Source: a virus (taxonomy: Duplodnaviria > Caudoviricetes). From it: 24,087 nt of DNA. Of the stretch, positions 1 to 9,700 are shown one piece after another (position 1 is the first letter of the stretch; each line of letters opens with the position of its first letter). A program made the position numbers and the translations under genes. The stretch is from the IMG/VR virus record IMGVR_UViG_3300017909_004931, positions 1-24,087 of that record. One strand, written 5' to 3'. Below the pieces are notes generated by a model, which searched no databases, was not told the origin of the DNA, and worked only from the letters and a program-made list of their open reading frames with translations.

Positions 1-1058
1 CCTACATTGCCGTCACTGTCTATTGCAAGTTCAATATTTTTGTCTTCTACTCTTAAGTCCTGTACATCTATGGATGTTGTTGTACCTGCAACAACAAGAT
101 TACCATCAATGTTAACATCTCCACCTACATCTAAAGTTTTTGTAGGTGATGCTTTGTAAATTCCAACTCTACTGTTTGTTGCATCTACTTTCAATGCAGA
201 TAATTCTGCTGGATTTCTGACTTTGATTTCTACATCTTGTCCAGTTAATTGGTTAGCAATAGTGAATGCATTATTTGTAAATTGTAATTTTGTGTTGTTG
301 TTTAGACCTACTGTCAAACCTGCATTGTTTTGTATTGTTAATGCACCTACAGTTGTATCATCACCATCAGACACAAGATAACTGTCAGCATTTCTTATTG
401 TTCCATTACCGTCAACAAGTGCTTCGGCAACTGTTGCTGTGCCAATGTATTTGTAATCTGTACCGACAGTGTTAAAACCTTTTTTGATTTCACCATTTGG
501 ATTAGAACTTGTAACAAGTTCTGTAATTCTACCTGTTGCTACTGGAGTGAACTGTGCATTTGAATGAACACCTACTAAACTGCCTGCAACAAACATTTTG
601 ATAACGTGTTGTGTTACGTTTTGTGTATCTAATAAACTTACAACCTCAAAACCTGAAGTGCCTTGTGCATTTGAATAAACTGGGCCAACTAATTTTAAAT
701 TTGTACCATCAAAGAAATACAGTTGACTTGTTTCGTTGTTGATCCACATATCTCCAGCAACCATGTTTGGTTGTGTGTTGGATACTGTTGTACCACCTGA
801 AGCAACAAAAGCCGATCCATTGTAAACTTTCAATCTGTTTTCAGTGGTGTCAAACCATAATTGACCTTTTAAAGGATTGATTGGAGCAGTTGCATTAGAA
901 AAGTTTTCTAATAATTGTATAAAGTTTTCATTTAAAACTTCACCAAAACCTGAATAGTTTCTTCCAATAAGTGTTAAGTCACTGGAAGTAGTATCTAATT
1001 GACCATCAACTAGATCAACAAGTAAACTACCATCTGTTTTGTTTAATTTATAACTCAT
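1..1058 (-). CDS. Tail fibre protein, paralog of 1058..3088 (3'-truncated by the window edge; absent from the ORF track)
   Basis: Manual translation from ATG 1058-1056 is open for 352 codons to the edge: MSYKLNKTDGSLLVDLVDGQLDTTSSDLTLIGRNYSGFGEVLNENFIQLLENFSNATAPINPLKGQLWFDTTENRLKVYNG...VGIYKASPTKTLDVGG...GNLVVAGTTTSIDVQDLRVEDKNIEL. TAATG overlap with the upstream stop and GGAGG 6 nt before the ATG. Confidence 0.92.
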   Translation of the reverse strand, partial: MSYKLNKTDGSLLVDLVDGQLDTTSSDLTLIGRNYSGFGEVLNENFIQLLENFSNATAPINPLKGQLWFDTTENRLKVYNGSAFVASGGTTVSNTQPNMVAGDMWINNETSQLYFFDGTNLKLVGPVYSNAQGTSGFEVVSLLDTQNVTQHVIKMFVAGSLVGVHSNAQFTPVATGRITELVTSSNPNGEIKKGFNTVGTDYKYIGTATVAEALVDGNGTIRNADSYLVSDGDDTTVGALTIQNNAGLTVGLNNNTKLQFTNNAFTIANQLTGQDVEIKVRNPAELSALKVDATNSRVGIYKASPTKTLDVGGDVNIDGNLVVAGTTTSIDVQDLRVEDKNIELAIDSDGNV

Positions 1059-3088
1059 TAAATGCCTCCAGTGTAAATTATATAATTCAATGTGATGTAA
1101 GGATTCATTACATCCATCTGTTGTCCTATTGTGCCACTTATTCCACCTGAATTAGGTAATTGTTGTGCACCTGTAGTATTTGTTAAATCAGGTCCATCTC
1201 TAGTTGTCACTTCATTGTCTGTTGACGCACCTGCAATATTTCTTGAAGCAAAGAATTGATCGCCATTGTTTGCTCTCATGTTGTGTTCGTGATCCGGTAG
1301 GTTTTCTTTTGTGATTGTTTTCTTCTCATCACCTGCACCTTGACCTAAATTATCTGCCGCTACCGCTGTAACTCTGTCTGCTGAACCTTGACCTAAACCT
1401 GGGTTAGACATATTGTCTTTACCTAATGGGAATCTGCCACGTAAATCAGGTAATTTGAATACAGCAGAACTTGTTGGTGTTCCGTATTGTGTTCCTATTA
1501 CACCATAAAGTGTGCTGTACACCGCTCTACTTATTTCTGCACCATCACACATTAACCAGTTAGCAGGAGCAGTAGCGCCTGCAAATAAAGTTATTGAACC
1601 TACTGGTGGTGTTGGAATAGTGCCGACAATGTTACCAACAGTAGTTTTGAAAATTCCTGATGTGCCTTGTGTTCTGTTAATTATTAATTCATCACTTACT
1701 TCACTTGTTGTTGTTAATGTTTGGTTACCAATAAACGAATTGCTTATACTTGTATTAAAAGTTTTAGATGTGCCACCTGTTTGTCCATCAAAAGTGAAAC
1801 TTGTTGCTGTAACATCACCAGTCATGTTAAATGTTGTTGCTTGAGTTAATTTATTAGATGAACCTGCTGTACCTGATACTGTACCACTTACGTTTCCTGT
1901 AAGGTTTCCAACAAAAGTATTTGCATAAACATTTCCGTATTGATTATTTGTAGATCCTAGGTTGTGTATGTTATTTGCAGAAGGTGTAATGTTGTTTGCA
2001 GTCAAATTACCTGCAATACTTGTATCATTGCCAACAAATAGTTTTTTAGCAACACCTAAACCACCTTTAACAACAAGAGAACCTGAACCAATATTAGTTG
2101 CATCAGTTGTATCATTTGCTGTTACTATTCCATCTGCCGACAAAGTGCCTGCAACATCTAACACAGCAGTTGGATTTGTTTTCATCACACCAACTTGTCC
2201 TGCTGAACTTAATCTCATCACAGTAGTTGTTGTGCCTTGATTGTTTAATCTGAAATCTATTTCTTCATCTAGTGTGCCTAATTGGAATATACCTGCTTGT
2301 TGTTCAACAAACATTTTAAATGATCCTGCGGCTCCTACTTCTATACCATCATCTGTTTTTATTTTAATTGGAAAATCTGTTAATGAAGTTGTATCTGCTC
2401 TTAAAAAATTACCTGCCGCAACTGTTGAACCACTTACAACAAGAGCATCTGCTTTTTCGGCTGTGCCATAAAATTTGCCAATACCGTCGCCTTTTATATT
2501 TGCTATACTTAAATTAATTCCTGGACGCAGTTGTGAAAAACCAGGTATTGTAGATTTTGGAGTGAATGAATCTGTTGCGATTATTGCCGCTGTTTGAGCC
2601 GCAACTTCTAATTTTATAATTGTGTAATCTAAATCATCAGTCCCTTTGATTGTTGTAGGTGTTGCACCTGTTGTCAATCCTGAACTGTATTGTGGACCTA
2701 CTAGAATCCAACCTGATCCTGTGAATAGATATAATTGTTGTTGATCTGTATCAACCCATAAATCTCCAGTGATACTTTCTGAAGCACTTGGTTGATTAAT
2801 TGCTTTTTTAAGTCCGCCTGATGCTACCCATGTTGTACCATCATAAATTTTTAATTGGTTTACACCTGCTGTTGTATCAAACCAAGTTTGACCTTGTATT
2901 GGTCTTAATGGAGCCGTGCTGTTAGCAAAATTTTCTAATACGTGTAGAAAATTTTCTGCTATAATTGTACCATATGATGTTGTGTTTTTTCCTGGAAACT
3001 GTAAACTAGTTTGACTGTTCACTGTGTTGTCTTCGACAGTGATAGTACCCTTGTTTACTGCATCAGAAAAACTTATGGTATATGACAT
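1058..3088 (-). CDS. Tail fibre protein with C-terminal phage tail-collar domain (676 aa)
   Basis: Collar motif PVGSITLFAGATAPANWLMCDGAEISRAVYSTLYGVIGTQYG...FKLPDLRGRFPLG (about 1606-1420), then ENLPDHEH and terminal NPYITLNYII typical of collar/gp12-like tips. Gly/Thr/Asn-rich fibre shaft. SD GAGGGG upstream. Confidence 0.88.
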   Translation of the reverse strand: MSYTISFSDAVNKGTITVEDNTVNSQTSLQFPGKNTTSYGTIIAENFLHVLENFANSTAPLRPIQGQTWFDTTAGVNQLKIYDGTTWVASGGLKKAINQPSASESITGDLWVDTDQQQLYLFTGSGWILVGPQYSSGLTTGATPTTIKGTDDLDYTIIKLEVAAQTAAIIATDSFTPKSTIPGFSQLRPGINLSIANIKGDGIGKFYGTAEKADALVVSGSTVAAGNFLRADTTSLTDFPIKIKTDDGIEVGAAGSFKMFVEQQAGIFQLGTLDEEIDFRLNNQGTTTTVMRLSSAGQVGVMKTNPTAVLDVAGTLSADGIVTANDTTDATNIGSGSLVVKGGLGVAKKLFVGNDTSIAGNLTANNITPSANNIHNLGSTNNQYGNVYANTFVGNLTGNVSGTVSGTAGSSNKLTQATTFNMTGDVTATSFTFDGQTGGTSKTFNTSISNSFIGNQTLTTTSEVSDELIINRTQGTSGIFKTTVGNIVGTIPTPPVGSITLFAGATAPANWLMCDGAEISRAVYSTLYGVIGTQYGTPTSSAVFKLPDLRGRFPLGKDNMSNPGLGQGSADRVTAVAADNLGQGAGDEKKTITKENLPDHEHNMRANNGDQFFASRNIAGASTDNEVTTRDGPDLTNTTGAQQLPNSGGISGTIGQQMDVMNPYITLNYIIYTGGI

Positions 3089-3091
3089 CTA

Positions 3092-3703
3092 TTACCCCTC
3101 GTTAAAACCTGTCAAACTTTGTACTCTAACAGTGTAATCTATTTGCACTAATCTGTTTAAACTTTTTTGTACAGGATGGAAAACCACGTGAGTCAAAAGT
3201 TTACCTGTGCCATTTGGCGAATAACTTACTAGTCCTAATTCATCAAACACATATAAACTGTTTGCCTGCGATGCTTGGTCAACTGCATCTTGTCCGTTTG
3301 GCTCACCGTAATCTAAAAGACAAGTTACAAGAACATCTGTATAATTTGTTCCATTTACGTGTCTTGTTTCTATTTTGTTTCTTTGAGGATCTAAGTTTGT
3401 TACACTTCTATCATCAACTACTTTGCTATATGTTTGATTATACAGACTTGCATTTGTGCCAGTACTGTTAGGAGTAAGATATGTAATAATTCCTGTTGGA
3501 TCAACACTTGTTCCGCCGTTACCAAACGCCATTGAATTAATAAAACCTTGACCTTGATTAGCAACACTCTCCGCTAAAGCAATACTCATGTTTTCATAAT
3601 GAATTGCATTGCGTTTATTGACGAAAACAGCGCCTGATTCAGGGTCATGTATCTTAATATGACCTTGTATTAAAACTCCGTTGTTTTCATTAAATTTGCT
3701 CAT
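3092..3703 (-). CDS. Virion structural protein (203 aa), possibly a baseplate-to-fibre adaptor
   Basis: Long ORF between structural genes, with GGAG SD 5 nt before ATG. Motifs MAFGNGG and FDELGL...LLTHVVFHPVQKS...IDYTVRV resemble fibre-attachment N-terminal domains (DUF3751-like; by eye only). Confidence 0.7.
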   Translation of the reverse strand: MSKFNENNGVLIQGHIKIHDPESGAVFVNKRNAIHYENMSIALAESVANQGQGFINSMAFGNGGTSVDPTGIITYLTPNSTGTNASLYNQTYSKVVDDRSVTNLDPQRNKIETRHVNGTNYTDVLVTCLLDYGEPNGQDAVDQASQANSLYVFDELGLVSYSPNGTGKLLTHVVFHPVQKSLNRLVQIDYTVRVQSLTGFNEG

Positions 3704-3722
3704 TTATGCTCCAATTTCTATT

Positions 3723-3732
3723 GTATTTATTG
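3723..3732 (-). promoter_or_regulatory. Putative late promoter CAATAAATAC, overlapping the giant gene's TAA stop
   Basis: TAAATA core resembles the T4 late consensus TATAAATA. It is 20 nt upstream of the 203-aa gene's ATG, and the identical 10-mer occurs at 21929-21938. Confidence 0.6.
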
Positions 3733-6700
3733 CGGCGGAGCCACTTCTTTTTGACGTATGAATCTTGCGATGTCATTATCCGTCTGACTCAGTGGATCTG
3801 TGCCTTCTTGCCAAATTTTACCTTGTTTACGTATCACCACAATTTTGGCATTTGCGGCTGGTGTATTAGTAAATGTTATCACAGGATTAACACCATCTAC
3901 TGTGAATTCTGCTGACACAGTGTCATCTGCTTCAGGACTGTCCTGTCCGTTTGCTGGATTGTACTGTGAAATACTGTTTTTACGCATTCTCTTACCGCCA
4001 ACAAATAATTCAAATTGATCAGCATTTGTTGGAGTGAACGAAATAGTTAATTGGTTATTTGACACATCTGCGCCTGTGTAAACTTCAGATATAAACTCAT
4101 CTTTATAAGGAACTGTCTGGAATCCACTTTGATCATGAACTTCTGTGTCAGCAAAGTGTTGAGTTGGTACTCCTGTGCCATATGTACCTCTTCTTAATTG
4201 CTGTAATTTGTTACCATCCTTGATCCAATATTCAATTCTTTCACCATCTATGAAAACAATGCCAGGTAAACTTGCAGTGATATTTGGTTCTGTGATTCCT
4301 GTTGCGTCTTTTAGAACAATTTCTTTATCATACCAGTACAATGTGTTTGCAAGGAAGTATTGTCTATCATTTCCTATGCGTTTGAAGTGTGTTCTATTCA
4401 TCATGTCTTTGAACTGTCTGTATGCAAATTTGCCAATGAAACTTGGTGCAGAGAAATGCATCACATCTATTTGATCATTTTGACTTACAGTTCTAGAAAT
4501 CAGCACCCTCATTTGATCATTTGACACAGTGTAGTCCACACTTGGTGCTAACCATTCTCCGTTCAATGACACCCAAACATATTGAGCATCAACTGCCGGC
4601 TTACGTAGATAGATTACACCGTTTGTCAATTGATTGTATTGATAATAATCGTCGCTGTTCACTGTAATTGATAATCTAGCAATGACATCTGCCTGTTCTC
4701 TTTCAATGTCTGCTATGTCATGTTTACTGAACTGATAAGCAGTAACTTTGGTATTCTGTGTTGGTGCATTTGTTAAAGTCAACACACCTGCATCTGATAC
4801 AGAGTATTCTCCATTGTCTATAAACACATCTAAGATGTCGCCAGCAACACCTACACCTGACTCTAGTGTTACACTAGAATTTCCTGGATTCCATCTGTAC
4901 TGTGAACTTGTCATTTCAACATCATTTAAAAAGGCTCTTACATCAGTTGAATTGATACTGCCCGGCACTATTTGCCAATTTTCAATTTCATATTCTCTTA
5001 ATGCTGAAACTTTAAATTGTTTGTACCAACCACTTCTCAACATACTGTCTCCAACTTTAACAATTACATTAGTTGTCAAAGGCTGTTGTGCAAAAGGTGT
5101 TGGCGATAATTGATACGTTGCTGTGCTTCCATCACCAGTGAATTCATTTTGTGTAACTTCACTGAATGATTGACTTGCACTTTCATACACACAAATACTG
5201 ATAACAGCATCTATCGACGGCGCTGTGTTAAATCTAATTGCTACTCTGTTTGGTACAGCAAATGAACTGTCTGTTTCTAACACTTGATAATTCACTCTCT
5301 GACCGTTTACTCTAACAAATACAGAAATTTTGCCTGCTGTGTATTTTGCTCTTGTAACAAAATCAACTGTAGAACCATCACCAGTGAATGTGTCTACATC
5401 TAAAACAGATTCACCATTGTTGCCCATTGTTATAAAATTAATCTTGTCACCATTTGCAGGTGCACTGTTTAATACTATTTTTTTGTTCTGGTAATCAACT
5501 GTGAATAAATTGCTGTTGTACAATATGTTATTAACAGAAACAAATACAGCATCAGCACTTTGCGGATAATCTGTGTAAGCAAATTCTGTGGTAGTTCCAT
5601 CACCTATGTAATTGTAACTGTTAATTTTACTTCCAGTATTAGAACCTCTATCATAAACTTGAATGTCTAGTGTGTCTAAAACTTGTCCTGGTACAAATTC
5701 TTCAGGTCCATGCGATGATGTTGGAGTTACAAATCCATCTCCATCAACATTAATATCCTCAGCACTTAAACCTTGTGCTGTAGAGTATGCTAAATCACCA
5801 CCTTGTAAAAGTGTATCAACTTCTTTTGGATCAGGTAAGAAAGAACCATCACTTGATGATTTTCTTATTATTATTGTGTCATTGCCTGTTTCAACAGCAC
5901 TGATATCAACAGTTTTTGTAGAGCCGTCACCAATGATTGTTTCCATTACAGCATTAACATTTGTCTGTTGTGGTGTTCCAAAATTTGGATCATCAACTCT
6001 TACACCATTTCTGTATACATTGTATTGTACATTGGCTTCTAATGTTTTAGAAAGTGTTAATGATAATGTACTTTGATCCAGATAGAAAACTTCGTCTTCA
6101 TAACTTTCATCATACGTGTCCCACTCACCATCCATAAACGGTTGGTTGTCCCAGCCTGATTTATTTTCAAATCCTATACTACGTACTTCTACTCCACCAT
6201 AGTCTATACCTTCAATAACCTGTGCAAGTTCCTTGCCTGGCATTCCAGCAGTTGGAGAGTAATATAAATTCACCCTATCTTGTGTTTGTAACACATCTTG
6301 GTCAATCAAATATTCTACAGATATATTTGCGTTGTTTGCCGGAGGTAAAGTGAATGAAACATAACCACAATTTCTTGTGTACGATTTAGTTTCATCTACA
6401 TCATTATTAAAAGTGTATTCGCTTCTTAATTTTAATTGATTGTTTACTTTTACTTTGACAGTTGTTGTACGTAAATCCATTGGCCATTTCAATTTGAATT
6501 TCAATTGACTTGCGTTGCCTGAGAATGTTTCTGTTCTTGTTAAATTAGCAAGTAAAAGATCTCCAGTTGTTCTGTCAAATTTTACACCAATGTGGGTTGA
6601 TCTAACAAGGCTATCACCTAAAACTGCATTGGCTTCAGCAACTGTGCCTGTAGTTGATCCTAAAATGTTAACTGTTGGAGCACCAATGTATCCACTTCCA

Positions 6701-9700
6701 CTATTTGTTACATTTATTCTGTTTATTGTTCCATTTTTAATATATGCTGTTGCTGTGGCTCCAGAGCCTCCGCCACCAACTATTTCTATTGTAGGTGCGT
6801 TTTTGTAAAGTGTTCCACCTTGTTTTATATTAATAGACTTGATTGAAAAACCTACATTGTCTTTCCAATGTTTGTTTGGATAAGTGTTTATGTTGTCTGC
6901 ATTTACTAATGCATTGTTTTCTACCCTAATATTTGAAGGAGTAATTACTCCATTGATATATCTTGGCGGTAAATCAAAATCTGTTAAAGAAGTATTAGTA
7001 GGTTCAATTTTATCATAAGAACTTACATATTCTCTAATTTTAGATTTGTATGGTTTTATTTCTTTAATGTAGTCTTCATAGTTGGATAGATTATCATTTT
7101 TAAATGTGACTTTTTGTTTCAAGTCACCTACATTGTGTTGTGCTGTAACAAAACTTGTTTTGAAGACCCAATCATTTAGAGTATCTTCTGATAAAGCATA
7201 TCTAATACTTGCAAAGAACAATTTGTTGTATTCTAATTTTAATTCTTCAACAAATATGCTGTCCCTTACAGTTTGTAAAATAATTCTTGTTTCTTCAATA
7301 GGCTGTCTATCATAAAGTTGAACGTCAAAACTATTTGAATCGAAACCTATATTTTGATTTGCGTAATCATATAATTTTGTGTTAAATTGTATTGTTCCAT
7401 TCTGTCTTCCCACAGTTTTGTAATTTACTGTGTAGTCAACATCCTCTTTATTATCTACTTTTTCTAATAGTAACCAGCCACCTGTGCCCACAGTTTCAAT
7501 TTTTACTATGTCGCCTATATCACACTCGATTGCGTCTAATTCATAAGTTTGTGAAACTTTTTTATCAATGGCAGTAAGTTCACTGTATCCTGTGTCATAC
7601 CAATCAGCATAATTCCAGTACAATCCAACATTGTAACTTTGTATTCTTGTACGTGTCCAACCCTCTGTTGTGTAAGAGTATATTGCCCATTTGCCTGTGA
7701 CTGTGCTGTCTGCATTTACTAAAGCACTGAAATCACGCACAGTGATTGTGTCTATTGACTTGTAATTACTACCTTGTTCACGTACAACAGCATTTGACAC
7801 TGAACCATTTACATCTATTGATAATTCTATTACTGCACCTGATCCTGTTGTTGTGTTTATTGTTATTGTTGGTTTAAATTTATAACCTTTACCTGCGTCT
7901 GAAACAAATACAGATTTAATTTTTCCGTCTTCAATTGTTGGAACTAGAGTTGCTGTTTTTACTGTACCAACACCAACAAATTGTAAATCTTTTTCTGTGT
8001 CAACTGTAACATCGTACAAACCTGTTGCTGTTAAAGGTGCTGGATCAGATTTTGTTAAACTGGATAAGTCTACTTCATCTACAATTAAGTTAGAAATTAA
8101 TGTGCTGTTGATTCTTTGAATTGCTTGTTTCAAAGCCTCTTGTTTGTTTTTGAACCAACTTTGTCTTGGTTGCATCAACGTACCATATTTTAATTTTTCA
8201 CTTAATTCAGGATCTGGAACGTGATTTTCTAATTCATCGTAACCAATTAAACTGTTGAACCAAACAGTTTCAATGTCTGTTGGGATTTTGCTAGACGCTA
8301 AATTTTCAGTTACTATTGCATACTCTTCGTGAATATCATTATTTGTGGCTGTGTTAATCAACCTAAAGTTTATTACAGCATCTTTATCACTTATTAATCC
8401 GCCACAATTTACAATGGCAAATTTATTTGAACCAAATATCGTTACATATTTGTATCCTTGAGATCTTGGATCTTTAATTAATTTTGACACGCCATTTGCA
8501 GATAAAGTTCTACCTTCAATCTGCGGAATCGATGTTTTATCTTTTACCCAGTAAAAATAAACATTTGTAAACACACCTGCAACTTGATCATATTGTTTTT
8601 TCAACACAAAGTTATTAGTGTTTGAAACTGTGCCTGTTATACCTAAAGATAAACCTTCTGGACTTGCACTTAAAGTATTCCATTGAGTAGGCGTGTATTT
8701 TGATTGCGTCCATTCATGTATATCTATTGTTGCTCCTGGAAACAATTTATTCCAGTAAGCATTATTGAAAATTATATTACTTTGATAAGGATAATAGTAT
8801 TGTGCTTTGCTTATATCCCACCATAATCTTCCTACCTGGGTGTGGTCCCAATGATTCAAATCATCTTGTTTTGTGGAGCCTGATTGATTGTAATATGCTG
8901 GATCATATTTTGTTTTGTAGAAAATTTCTTCTTCTGCTGGCCCTGGTATTTTTCCAAAGATCGGATCAATATAATCTAGATTTGCCAAAACTTTTTTAGT
9001 TTTTTTGTTGTATAAGAATACACTTTTAATTTTTGTTAAATCAGGTTGTTCTATTCCACCAACAGTTTCATGTACACTTGTCCAGTTATTTGCATCTTGA
9101 GATCTACGGAAGTCAATAGTTGTACCTACTTCTTCATCTATTAATTGTAGATTAGGCATTCCAACATAAACGTGGTTTACATTTACTAACAAATTAGAAC
9201 CAAATTGCTGTATGCTTGTATCTGCATAAGTGAATTTTTCTGCATACAATAATGTGTTATCAAATTTTTCATAAATGTGAATTGTACCTGTGTCTTGTAC
9301 AATTTTTGTGAATGACGTCATTTCATTATCGAAACTTGTTGTGCCACTATCAAAAGCAGTGTTAATTGTCATGTCACCTTTTAAACTTGTTACAGCAAGA
9401 ATATCTCCACTGAAAGATAAAGCATATCCAAAGTTTTCACTTACTTCTTTAGCAGGACTTGTTAAAGTTTGTACTAGTGAATATAGACCTGAATCATCTG
9501 TTGCTTTCTTGTAAACATAAACAGCACCCATATCTATATCAGTAAAGTCTTTTAGAGGAGATCCAATAGCAATTAATTCACCATCACCACTGATACTGAT
9601 ATCAGCACCAAAATTAATTGTAGGTCCTGAATCATCTGGTGCAGTTATTGTTTGTTTGTATGTGTAATGATTGTCATGCAATCTGTAAACAATTATTTTT

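Noticed and set aside
1-3088. Diversity-generating retroelement or invertible fibre switch
   Set aside because: The paralogs are similar at protein level only. I saw no near-identical TR/VR pair, inverted repeats, reverse transcriptase or invertase in the window.
3086-3094. Possible read-through fusion of the in-frame 203-aa and 676-aa genes
   Set aside because: Two consecutive stops (TAA TAG) separate them, the downstream gene has its own SD, and its MSY start matches the paralog's start.
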